Of a DNA stretch of 64,000 nt, positions 35,363 to 46,600 are shown one piece after another (position 1 is the first letter of the stretch; each line of letters starts with the position of its first letter). The stretch spans positions 2,369,316 to 2,433,315 of the forward strand of contig OZ316897.1 in the NCBI GenBank assembly GCA_973895155.1. Reading direction: 5' to 3'. Source of the stretch: Marsupella aquatica (taxonomy: Eukaryota > Plantae > Marchantiophyta). Position numbers and translations under genes: made by a program. A model generated the notes under the pieces. It searched no databases. It was not told the origin of the DNA and saw nothing but the letters and a program-made list of their open reading frames with translations.

Positions 35363-37657
35363 GGCCGATCAACCAACCGGACACGACCCCAATGGACAGG
35401 TGCTAGAGTCTTTGTGTTGCTATTAGAAGAAACAAACCAGTTGAGGTTGGCCACCACAATGTCGCAGCCTTGGATTCAGTGCTTTGATGTGGAACTGAAG
35501 ACTCCGAGCGAAGACACCACGACTAAGAAAACTGGCAAAAGATTTTTGCAAAGTGTTGGCACGAGAATTCTGCAAACTGTGGCCGCACGGAGAATTCTGC
35601 ATGTGTGAAGCGTAGGAGAAATTAATGGCGATCAGCAGACCGACTCACCCACTCTCTGAACGACAGAGCAATCCTGATGAGGCCCTCAGAGAGCGACGTG
35701 CGGAGCCGTCGCGAGATGACGCTCATAACAGGCGGCCGAACGGGCTGAGAAACTACACGAGATTATAAATGGTCGCAGCACTAGAGGGCGATGAGCAGAG
35801 TCGTCAGCAATCAAGTTAACTGACAGTGCATTTACCGCACTGCAAAGGGAAGAACATCAGAAAGTGCTGGGCGAGTACTGTAACCGGACCTATAAACGAC
35901 GGGGGAAACGGTGGACCCTGACCACGTGTTGGAGATTGGGGTTTGGACTTTTTACCGTAGATGAGGGAGTGGACAGTGCTGCCTTGTCACTTTGCATGTC
36001 AACAAGGTAACCGATGATGGATTCCTGGAATTATGCTCACCTGGTAAAAGTTGGGGTTGTCGGTTTTGTCACTCCGCGGCTCCACCTCTTGTGCACCCAG
36101 CGAGGTTTGACCTTGCAGGCTTGAAACGCTGACGCCTTCCGCCCTCCCAGCATCTCCTGCCCGTCGCACTCCCCGAGCAGTCCGTTCAAGACAACATTAT
36201 TAGAGCAGAACAGATGATTTGGGGCCAGAATAGGAAGCGCCACCTCTCGAGGAGCTAACGAGAGTCAATAAACGTCAGCAGACTGCCACGAAAAATGGAT
36301 GGAAATTAGAGTCATATTGCAAATTCATGGACAATTGTATGTAATACCTGTGGATTCGGTGTGGGATTGCTTCCATTTACGTCTGTAACTGTTGTTTAGT
36401 TGTTTCTGTTTCTGAGAAGATTCTGCCAACTGGATGGAGAGAGTCAACGTGGTTAAGGATTTGGAGACGGCCTTCTACAGATTTTTTTTGTTTTCATTGC
36501 TCTCTAATTTTCGCTCCGGCTTAAAACAATCTACTGAGAGCATAGCAAGCTAGACAACTCGGAACAAATTCCATAAAGATGTGCATTTCTCTACGTGAGC
36601 TTTCTGAAGGAGAATGGAGCCTCAAGCACCAAGAACTTGTCATCACCGGGATAACCACCCTACACAAGATATTTATTGTGGACTGCATCTGCTGTCCCTG
36701 CAACTTCCACTGCCATATACTTTTCTCGCAATGGTGGCTGAGCTGACAAGTCTGTTCCTGGCAATTCTTGAAATAGATACTCGAATCTGAGGCTTCCAGG
36801 TCTGCCCCGTCAACGTCCTCCCAACTGAGCTGTCCCGCTTCTTTGCGCCACGCTCCCGGATTTTGCGAGATCGAGCGTCACTGCTGGGAATGTGAAGGAC
36901 GACAACTCGTTCTGTAGTCTCGTCAGAGAGACTAGAGACGCTCAAATAGAGATACTCAGAAGTGCTGTGTATGAGGAGGAGAAGACTGTTACAAGCTCAG
37001 GCATGGAACTGCCATTGATTACGGACGCGGTTTGCGGACATCTAACAACGTCTTGATCTGACGCCGCAGTTAAAGGAATCCGTCAGCAACTTTGAAGCCT
37101 AGAACTCATGACAGAATTAAACGGCTAGGTAGACGAGAACTTGAGTTTTTTCTGTGAGCACAATTGGGTTGTGAGTTGAAGCTGTTCTTATCGATCATCT
37201 CCTGTCAATTTCTCTCTCCGACGAATCCAGCCTAGAACTCGATCCGCATGTACTGACAGCCTGGTTGAGACATTGTTGCTGCCATTTGCAATTTGTGTAG
37301 CCGACGACGTGGAGCAAGGGCACTGAGACGGCGGTAGCGCCACTCCTCCTATTCCAATATTGTTTATGCACTGCGGTTTTCTGGCACTCGAATTCAAATA
37401 CTTCGAGTGAACAACTAGGCGAAATTCTGTGCTCTCTTCGGGAGTGTAACATATCTGCTCTTCTTCCTCAATCAGGAAACTATGTCTCCACGCACATTGA
37501 TCAGCTCTTTCTCGTCACAAGTGCAGAATGGTGATGTCCATTGGAGAGGAAGAGGAAGGAAGTTCCTTCGAGGCTTTTGTTGGCACAGGCCATTCCACGT
37601 TTTCGTACAGCCGTGCGCACAACATGATTTTAGAGGCATTTCTCGTGATCGAGGTCT

Positions 37658-37977
37658 CCCAATTTACCATCAAAAATTTGTGGAACGAGGAAAAACAGGA
37701 CCAGTTCAATAAAAAGGGCCAAACAAAGTACAATGGGAGGAAAAGCTACAAAGGTCTGGTCTAATTCAAAGGTAGAGCAAAGATTAACCCCAACAACCTA
37801 CAAAGGCAAAACTAAAACCCAATTTACCATCAAAAATTTGTGGAACGAGGAAAAACAGGACCAGTTCACTAAAAAGGGCCAAACAAAGTACAATGGGAGG
37901 AAATGCTAAAAAGGTCTGGTTCATACTCAAAGGTAGAGCAAATATTAACCCCAACAACCTACAAAGGAAAAAATAAA
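37658..37977. repeat. 160-bp tandem duplication (2 copies)
   Basis: CCCAATTTACCATCAAAAATTTGTGGAACGAGGAAAAACAGGACCAG... at 37658 and 37818. Confidence 0.9.
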
Positions 37978-38415
37978 AGAGAAACACTCCCCCAACCTAC
38001 AAAGGCAAAAATAAAAGTTAAATACTTAACAATAGAGTCAATAGTGCTTATTTATTGTGCTCTTGGTTGTGTGTCATATTTTCCCAACACTTTGGTCTTC
38101 TTGAGTTTATGGGTCTCTTGCCTTTGGGATCTCATCTCATCTCCCCATGCCATATGCCACATTTTGATATATAGATACTTGTGATTGGTACCCATAAACT
38201 CAAGAAAACCAAAGGGTGTTTTTCGATGTAACCTTAATATTTTTGGAGTTAAATATATACAATCATATACTTATGGTTCAAGAAACAAGCCCCAACCTCT
38301 AGTACATGCTTGCAAGATAAAGTTTCAACTAAGATTTGGTAAAGATAAAAAAAAACCTATAACTAGCCTGGTAATTGAAATGCAACCTGGTGATGTGAAG
38401 TTTTATCTCACTTAT

Positions 38416-38759
38416 TGTTGAGCATAGACGACATTTGCAACGACAAGCCCATGAACCATCCAACGCACAATAGTCGACACAGAGAGATACGTGGTTCACC
38501 TCCACATGAGGCTACGTCCACGGGAACACACAAGAGCTTTACTGCACTCTAGACCAACCGGCCATACCAAGCATCCACAGCACAAGCTCTCCCTATCTCT
38601 CAACTAGCTCTGTAACAATGAGCCTAAGTTCCACCAGGGTCTGGCATCAGCCCTGGCTATATACACAACAACACTACCGCTAACATTAGCTAAGTTCTAA
38701 CCTGAGTTAGACTAACTGTGGTTAGCTCATGAGTCACAAGACTAGAGCAATATCTAACA
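38416..38759 (-). repeat. 3' LTR of copia copy 2 (344 bp)
   Basis: TG...CA; about 12 substitutions and one 5-bp indel vs the 5' LTR (manual count). Confidence 0.97.
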
Positions 38760-38771
38760 AACTCCCCCTTG
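38760..38771 (-). promoter_or_regulatory. polypurine tract
   Basis: Minus strand CAAGGGGGAGTT immediately before the 3' LTR. Confidence 0.9.
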
Positions 38772-38956
38772 ACTCTTGTCTTGGGGACTGAACCATATGG
38801 AATCCTCAGCGGGAAGTTCTAGACAATCACCAAACCAGGTCTCCCCCTAAAAACCACAAGGGTTAACTAAGGGTTAACTAGAACTAAGCCGTAGCCAAAC
38901 AAGAATGAGTAATCCATATACAAATAGTCACACATTGCTAAATAACTCTACTTGCA

Positions 38957-41900
38957 TTACAACTGCAAAACCTGCAAAGTAGCACGGTGTCTTGAGAAAC
39001 TCTCCAAAGGAATCACTTGGTAAAGGCATCAGCGGGATTGAGCTTTCCATCAATCTTGACTAGCTCAAAAGTTTTATCAGACACTGCTTGCCTGATAAAA
39101 TGGTACCTAATATCAATGTGCTTCACCCTACTATCCATCACCTGGTTAGCAGCCAAGTGAAGAGCACTCTGACTATCACAGTTTAGAGTCATTTTTCCAT
39201 GCTCTAAACCCATCTCCGTGATCAACTTATCCAACCAAATTGCTTCCTTTGCTGCTTTTGCTGCTGCAACATACTCTGCTTCTGTAGTAGACTGAGAAAT
39301 GCACTTCTGCAAGGTAGATTTCCAACTGATACATCCTCCTCCAAGAGTGTAGACCTCCTTGTATCCAGACAGCCTCCATAGTCAGAATCTACATAGCCAA
39401 CTAACGTTCTATTTTATCTGTTATCAAATAGTAATCCATAGTCCTGTGTTCCCTTCAGATACATGAGAATCTACTTCACAGCTTCCCAATGTACCTTCCC
39501 TGGATTTGACATGAATCTGCTAACCTTGCCCATCGCTAGGGCCAAGTCAAGCCTAGTACAAGTCATCAAATATATCAGACTGTCTACTGCCTTCTCATAA
39601 GGAATCTTAGCCATCAGACCTTTCTCCACAGCATCCGTAGGAGAGAAAGCTGATGATAACTTGAAATGTGAAGCTAAAGGAATACTCACTGGCTTACAGT
39701 TTTCCATGTTGAATCGTGCCAGTACCTTCTTCGCATACTGGCCTTGACTCAAGCACAACTGTCCAGTATCAGAGTTCCTAAAAATCTCCATCCCTAAGAT
39801 CCTCTTGGCCTTACCAAGATCCTTCATCCTGAATTCAGCACTCAATTTTGCCTTGAGACTGTCAACCTCAAATTGATCTTTAGCCACAATCAGCATGTCA
39901 TCCACATAGATCACCAGAATGATGAAACCAAATACATCATTCTTGATTGATTTTGTATACACACAAGGATCATACACCATCCTTGTAAAACCTTGAGCAA
40001 GCATGAAATCATCAAACCGCTTGTTCCACTGTCTGGGAGACTGCTTCAATTCATACAAGGACTTGAGCAATCTGCAAACTAACTTCTCTTGGCCCTTCTT
40101 CATAAAACCTAGTGGCTGTCTCATGAAGATCAACTCTTCCAAGCTGCCATAGAGAAAAGTTGTAACAACATCCATCTGATCCATCACCAGACCAAAAAAT
40201 ACAACAAACTGACACAAGATCCGTATTGTGGAATACTTAGCCACCGGTGAAAAGACCTCATTGTAGTCCACTCCTTTCTCCTGAGTGAACCCCTTGGCAA
40301 CAAGCCTTGCCTTGTAGATCTTATCTCCACCCTCTGAAGGACTGTCCTTCAACTTGTAAATCCACGTGCTGTCCACCACTTGTTGACCTCTTGGAAGCTC
40401 CACCAGCTCCCATGTCTTGTTGTCACTCAAAGATTGCAACTTCCTCTGCATTGCTGCATTCCACTCATGCTTCTGCTCTGAACTACAAGCCTCACTGTAC
40501 AAAGAAGGCTCTCCTTCTTCCAAGATCAAAGCCATGTCATCTTCATCAGGTGCAATGTCAATATCATCTAGCTTAGATGAGTCTGCCCATTGACCATACT
40601 TGGTAGGAGCTCTAGTAGAACGACTAGAAGTTCTTCTAGTAGATGACTCAGACTGATCTGCTGCTACTGGTCGAATTTGAGGTACCCCAACAATAATCTG
40701 CTCCTCTTGTTCCATCACAGGAACCAGCTCCAAACCCGAAGCTTCTCCATCTCTCCTATCATGAACTGCATCATGACTAATCTCCCCCTCAACCCGGTCC
40801 GGGATGGGAGATTTCCCCTTGTCAGTATGGAAGTCCTGAGAACTCTCCCCCTCCTTTGATGATTTGGACTCATTAAAGGACACATCTCTACTAATAATTA
40901 GCTTACAGGTTACTGGATCCCATAACCTATAACCCTTCACACCTTTCTCATAGCCAAGGAAAATGCACTTCTTCGACTTGGACTCCAGCTTGGATCAAAG
41001 CTAGGAAGGTGTAGGCACATAAACATCACATCCAAAAATCCTCAGATGTGAGTAATCTGCTGGACGCCCGTACCTCATTTCAAATGACGTCTTGAATCCA
41101 ATAGAACTGGATGGAGAAAAATTTACCAAATAAGCTGCAGTGTTGACAGTTTCAGCCCAAAACTCATGTGGTAAGCATGATTGACTCAACATACTCCTCG
41201 AGCGGTCCAATAGTGTTTGGTTGAGTCTCTCAAAAACACCATTATGTTGAGGAGTATAACTTGTTGTGAGATGGCGGGTAATCCCCTGCTCCTTACAATA
41301 CATTCTAAATTCCCCAAAACTGTATTCACCGCCGTTATCCGATCGAAGATATCTCACCTTATTACCAGTCTGATTCTCTACTTAGGCTTTCCACTCCTTA
41401 AAAGTGGCAAAAACATCAGACTTATTGTGTAGAAAGTATATCCACACATACCATGAGTAATCGTCTATGAACGTGACATAGTATAACCGTCCAGAATGTG
41501 AGGGAGTAGGGGCTGGACCCCACACATCACTATATACATACTCAAGTACCTCCTTGCTGGTGTGAGTTCCAACTCCGAAGGGTTTCCTATGCTGCTTCCC
41601 TAGCACACAGTGCTCACAAAATTCTAACTTACAAGATTGCAAATTAGAAAGTAATCCTTTCTTTTGAAGAATAACCAAACTTTTTTCACTCATGTGGCCC
41701 AAACGGAAGTGCCACAGCCGGGCCGTCTCTCATGAGATAAGGTTACATTGGCTTGATCACAGACTACACTGCCCTCCAAAACGTATAGATTACTATGTCT
41801 CTTTCCCTTCAATACAACTTTAGTACCAGTTGAAACCTGAAGGACACCATTAGAAGAACTCCACTGATGGCCATTTGCTTCTAAAACTCCAAGTGAAATG

Positions 41901-42154
41901 AGATTTTTCATCATGCTGGGAATATGTCTCACATTCCTCAACGTTCTCATATCACCATCAAACATATGAAATCTTACAGATCCAAGTCCAACAACTTGAC
42001 ATGGGATTCCATTTCCCATCAACACTGACCCATTGGAAATCGTGTAAGAACTAAAAAAATCTTTCCTAGAGAAAATGTGAAAAGTACATGCACTATCTAG
42101 AATCCAGTCATCACTACCTGGATTTGACACTACGTTGAGAGCATAACCTTGACA
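38957..42154 (-). pseudogene. pol: pol (protease, integrase, RT, RNase H) with stops, frameshifts and a small deletion
   Basis: PR WILDSACTFH; IN GHM..CEHC, DVWGP, RSDNGGEY, GKGY-type KGYRLWDP; RT YKARLVAKGFTQ, YVDDML; RH STTEAEYVAA, KHIDIRYHFIR, NPADAFTK. Confidence 0.95.
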
Positions 42155-43222
42155 TCACAATATGTCATCATCATTGAGTAAATCTACCTCATGCAAGCTC
42201 GATGCCGTGTTAGCAGAGGCAGTAGGGACCTTTACTCGACAATCCCTTTTCATGTGGCCAAGCTTGCCACAATTCCAACATGCAAGAGGCTTTCTCTCTT
42301 GCGATTTCCCTCTGGATTTAGATCTCCCCCGTGATGTAGATCTAAACCTGTTCTGCCCATTCGTGCACTGCGTTGCTCTTCCCCTGTTCACATTGAGTGT
42401 AGTGCCAGAAGAAGATGTTGTCTGTGATTGACCCAGCTTCTTCTGAGCATCATCAGACAGTAAAGAGCTCACCACCTCATTATACAAAATGGACTTCAGA
42501 TCTCTGTACAACAACACCTGTTTCAAGCCCTGATATGACAGCGGTAAGGAGCTTAGCAGAAGCAAGGCCTTATCCTCATCTTCAACTCCTTTTCTCAAGT
42601 TTGACAGATCCACCACCCCGTCCACCGCTAGACTGTCAAATTCATCCAGGTGATCCTGCATCTTGCTCCCTTCCTTGAGCCTAAGGCTCATCAAGAGAGA
42701 CTTCTTGTACAGTCGGTCTGACGCATCTTTCCGGTAGTATTTCTCTCTAAGAGCCTTGAACAGTGACGCGCAATCCGCATAATCATCCAGCTGCTTGATG
42801 ATGTGCGGCTTGAGATATAGCATCATTGCATTGATAGCAATCACTTGCTCCTGTCTCCACTGCCTCACTGAAATCTCCTCCTCTCCATCATACTGCTCTC
42901 GCGATGAAAGTAGATGAGCTAAGCCCATGGCCCGTAGAACACCCTTCACTTGCTTCTTCCACAGCAAGTAATCAGTACAACCATCGTACTTCTCCACCTC
43001 AAACTTCACTCCTCCGAATCTAGCCATCTCCCTCTTTTTCCCTACTACCGACAGCTCTGGTAGTAGTACAACTTCCTCCACTGCACGCCGCACTGGTGAT
43101 CTTACCGGTGTCACTAGTTCCTCCTCAAACGGTAGCAGCTCTTTCTCAGACTCTCCATCTGACCGTCGCGATCCTGAAGCTCCACCCACGCCAATTCTTC
43201 CAGTATCCTCCGAGTCACTCAT
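42155..43222 (-). CDS. gag: copia gag (open ORF, ~355 aa) ending in TGA in frame with pol
   Basis: VKFEVEKYDG start motif, LLLLSSLP..Y capsid motif, zinc knuckle CWNCGKLGHMKRDC. Confidence 0.88.
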   Translation of the reverse strand: MSDSEDTGRIGVGGASGSRRSDGESEKELLPFEEELVTPVRSPVRRAVEEVVLLPELSVVGKKREMARFGGVKFEVEKYDGCTDYLLWKKQVKGVLRAMGLAHLLSSREQYDGEEEISVRQWRQEQVIAINAMMLYLKPHIIKQLDDYADCASLFKALREKYYRKDASDRLYKKSLLMSLRLKEGSKMQDHLDEFDSLAVDGVVDLSNLRKGVEDEDKALLLLSSLPLSYQGLKQVLLYRDLKSILYNEVVSSLLSDDAQKKLGQSQTTSSSGTTLNVNRGRATQCTNGQNRFRSTSRGRSKSRGKSQERKPLACWNCGKLGHMKRDCRVKVPTASANTASSLHEVDLLNDDDIL

Positions 43223-44846
43223 ATGAAACAATCACAAAAAACGTCTTTTTTTTCAAACTTCTCATAAAACTCAAAACTCAATACCGCCACGTAGCCCACA
43301 AAGCTAGGAGTCCAATACTGAAAGCCGAAATCAAAATCAAAATTCAACGGAAAAGTTATTCAAATTTCGGTCGGGGTGGGTAAAACCTTGGGAAACTCCC
43401 CCGTTTTGACCACCTCGGAGAATAACCAAAATACCCAGTACAACCGGTCGTCGGAATCGCAATGTGATCGGTGTGCCGCGTTGCTAACTCCAGTGGCAAC
43501 GTCCTTGCCAAAAAAGAACCAAAAAAGTTACCGTTTGACGGACGGAATCTTTGTAGGATGGCCAAAAAACAGCTCTCTGTTTTTTGGGAATATTCCCGCA
43601 CAGTACAACAGGTCTCACAGGGGGCCGTTCCCCCTATTGGAGCGGTTAAAACGGAGGGCGACAGGTCCCGGCACGAAGTTAAACAAGAGGGAAGAAAAAA
43701 AGCTATTAAAAGCACCCTAAAGGGGGTGCTCAATCCCCTTAACAAAATATACGCCTTAAAAACGCGCCAGGCAACAAGGCGCGGGTACACCAGGCGACAA
43801 GGCGTGTACAAGGCAGTATCGGGCGGTTGCATATGCAACCACGTATGCCTGAAAAAACAGTCGGGAAGGGGGAGGGCGAGGCGACCGGCAGGGAGCCAAG
43901 TCGCAAGCGGGGGTCGCGAGCACGAGGGCACGGGCATAAATGGTCGGGCGCGCCGGAGTGAGTTGGGGCCAGCTTCCAAAAGGCGTACGAGCGCGCGAGA
44001 AGCACTGGCCAGCGCTGCGCAGCTCGTCGCTACGGCAAAAAAAATGGGGTGCAGGGGGGAAATCCGGGTACGCGGGGCCAACCTATACTGTCTGTGTATA
44101 CCCACAGTATACACTAAAAAGGGTGTGTAAAACCCCTTTAAAAGCAAAAATGACCCCCTAGAAAAAATGGCAATTACTCACCTCAACCGCCGTCGTTTTC
44201 AATGAGTAAAGTGAACACCGCCGACGGAAAAAATATTGCCAAATTTCACCAGCACAGTCTGCAACTCCAACAGAGTAAATTGTTTCCGCCGCGTCGCCTT
44301 CACTCCGCATCAAGTACCAATCCCAAGCTCAAAATGACTGGCTCGTCGCAATCAAACCGTTGAGCCATGGCACTTCGCGTTTCTTCCACCGAGTCGGACG
44401 TCATGAAGAGAAACCCAGTTCAGATGGGAACAAGCTCCATAGCTTGTGAAAAAACCTGAACGCTTCCTTCACTCGTCACGTCGCACTTGGTCACAACTCG
44501 GCAGCAAATCAACTACCGAAATGACCAGCTTGCTTCAACCTTCAACTTGAGCTATAATGTGCAATCCCTCCCACACCGCACAGCTCACACCGTTGAAAAA
44601 TGCAAACTCTGGTCTCTCCCCAAAAAATACCGTCGAACACGAATAAAACCTGAACGACGCAAACTTCAATTCCTCCGCACCACGGATACCGATCAGTGAG
44701 TTCTAACCACCGTTAGAAAGCCCTCTCACTAACCTATCCTCATAGCCACACACATTCAAGTTTCATGCGACGAAACTCCAAATGTACCATCGACAATGAA
44801 CGCTGGAAAAACCTGTCATGAAAAAACCTCGTCACCTCCCAGGCAT

Positions 44847-44858
44847 GCTCTGATACCA
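44847..44858 (-). promoter_or_regulatory. primer binding site (tRNA-iMet)
   Basis: TGGTATCAGAGC on the minus strand, 2 nt from the 5' LTR. Confidence 0.95.
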
Positions 44859-44860
44859 CT

Positions 44861-45209
44861 TGTTGAGCATAGACGACATTCGCAACGGCAAGCCCATGAA
44901 CCATCCAACGCACAATAGTCGACAGAGAGAGATACGTGGTTCACCTCCACATGAGGCTACGTCCACAGGAACACACAAGAGCTTTACTGCACTCTAGGCC
45001 AACCGGCCATAGCAAGCATCCACAACACAAGCTCTCCCTATCTCTCAACTAGCTCCGTAACAATAAGCCTAAGTTCCACCAGGGTCTACTCTGGCATCAG
45101 CCCTGGCTATATACACAACAACACTACCGCTAACATTAGCTAAGTCCTAACCCAAGTTAGACTAACTGTGGTTAGCTCATGAGTCACAAGACTAGAGCAA
45201 TATCTAACA
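44861..45209 (-). repeat. 5' LTR of copia copy 2 (349 bp)
   Basis: TG...CA, followed by TSD CTTAT. Confidence 0.97.
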
Positions 45210-45914
45210 CTTATCAGGTCTTCCGATAAGTTTTATCCCACAAGCATTTGACCTGCTCAGAATGGTAATTTGTTTTACACCTACTTACTTTATTTTATGA
45301 GGGTGCTTATGTAGCCATTTGAAATAACTCGCCCCTTTCAATTTGTATAGAAATATTATTTTACAACTTGTAATACCCCTCCCTTAATTTTTCCTTTTTG
45401 GTTACTTATTTATCTCCCCCATAGGTTGTTTCCCTTTTACCCATTCTCAATAGTTTCAATTGTTAATAAGGCTTTTGGCCATTACACATGAAATGTTTTT
45501 CTACCATATATTCTAACATGAAGAAACAAATTTATCTTATATTGTGATGCAAGAGATTTAACTTGATGACGCTCCAAATTGAAAGAATTTTTTGATATCT
45601 AATCCTAAACATGCAAAAAATGGCAAATAATTTTCAAGAAACACACTCCAACCCTAAACTGTACCACACTTGTAAAGCAAAGTCAGTACCAAAGTCCTCG
45701 AGTCTAGGGTCTAAAGTGAAGCCTACTCTTAAGGGCATAAGACTAGAGTGAATTCTTTAGACCCGAACTCCCAATACAAACAAAACTGATAATGAGATTC
45801 AATAAGATCAAAATTTTAAATGAGGATAGACAAAAGTGACTTTTCACTTTAAAAATACAAAACTGAAATGGAATGGACAAAAAATAAGGATTGGGAAATT
45901 TTATTATGCAAGTA

Positions 45915-46600
45915 ACAAGCTCAATACCCGTGCGTTGCACAAAAGATGTCGTGTCACCCAAGATATTGTGAAGAGAAAAGATGTTGTGTCGCCCAAGATG
46001 TCATGAAGTTTACTTTCTTGGCTTTGGTCACCCCAATGCCAAGACCCCTTGGGGCAACGAAATGGCTTGGCTGCCTTTTCTCTGAGAAAATGAGGGTTAC
46101 ATCTCAAGTTTTGGGTAGTTATTGTTTTATTCTATACAACCCAATGCCCTGTGTTGCAGAAAAGATGTTGAGGTGACAAAAAGATGTCAAGGTGAAAGAG
46201 ATGTGAATGAGAGAAGAGATGTCGAGGTGAGGAAAAGAAGTCAATGTGAAAAGAAATTCATGAGAGAAAGAGATGTCAAGGCAAGGAAAAGATTTAAAAA
46301 TGAGAAAAAGATGTGAGGGAGAGAAACAAATGTTGAGGTGAGGGAAAGATGTTGCGCTGAGATGCATATACATGTCAAGGTGAGAAAAAGGTAAGAGGTT
46401 GAGGTGAGAAAAGATGGTGAGGTGAAAAAAAGATGTAAAGATGAGTAAAAGATGTTGAGGAGAGAAAAAATATTGAGGGTGAGAAAAATGGTTGTAGTGA
46501 GACAAAGATGTCAATATGAGAAAAAATTAGCGAGATGAGTAAAGGTATCAAGGTAAGGTAAAGTTGTGGTGATATTCAATAAACCATGCGTTACACATAG
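45915..46600 (-). mobile_element. Helitron-like 3' end plus purine-rich ~18-19-bp degenerate minisatellite
   Basis: Minus strand ..GTGCAACGCACGGGTATTGAG-CTTG|T (hairpin then CTRR-like end); GAGGTGAGAAAAAGATGT-like units at 46160-46560; 5' end not located. Confidence 0.5.

Larger units (their letters stand above)
38416..45209 (-). mobile_element. full-length but defective Ty1/copia LTR retrotransposon, copy 2 (6794 bp)
   Basis: Paired LTRs, 5-bp TSD CTTAT (38411-38415 and 45210-45214), PBS, PPT, domain order gag-PR-IN-RT-RH. Confidence 0.98.

Noticed and set aside
35674-35741. Hammerhead-like CTGATGA-GGCC...GGCC-GAAC
   Set aside because: The core needs GAAA (here GAAC), and no convincing stem I, stem III or NUH cleavage site could be formed
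37428-37468. GTGCTCTCTTC resembling miR156/529 or its target site
   Set aside because: The match is too short, lacks the full CT run, and no precursor hairpin is evident
42130-42190. Intron from GAG|GTAGAT removing the gag stop codon
   Set aside because: Nearby AG acceptors give very short introns (40-70 nt) that all leave pol out of frame; a more distant donor is not excluded
43356-44147. 263-aa sense and 219-aa antisense ORFs in the copia leader (and 1247-2071 in copy 1)
   Set aside because: Non-ATG starts, GC-rich stop-poor sequence, frame broken in copy 1 and no domain signal
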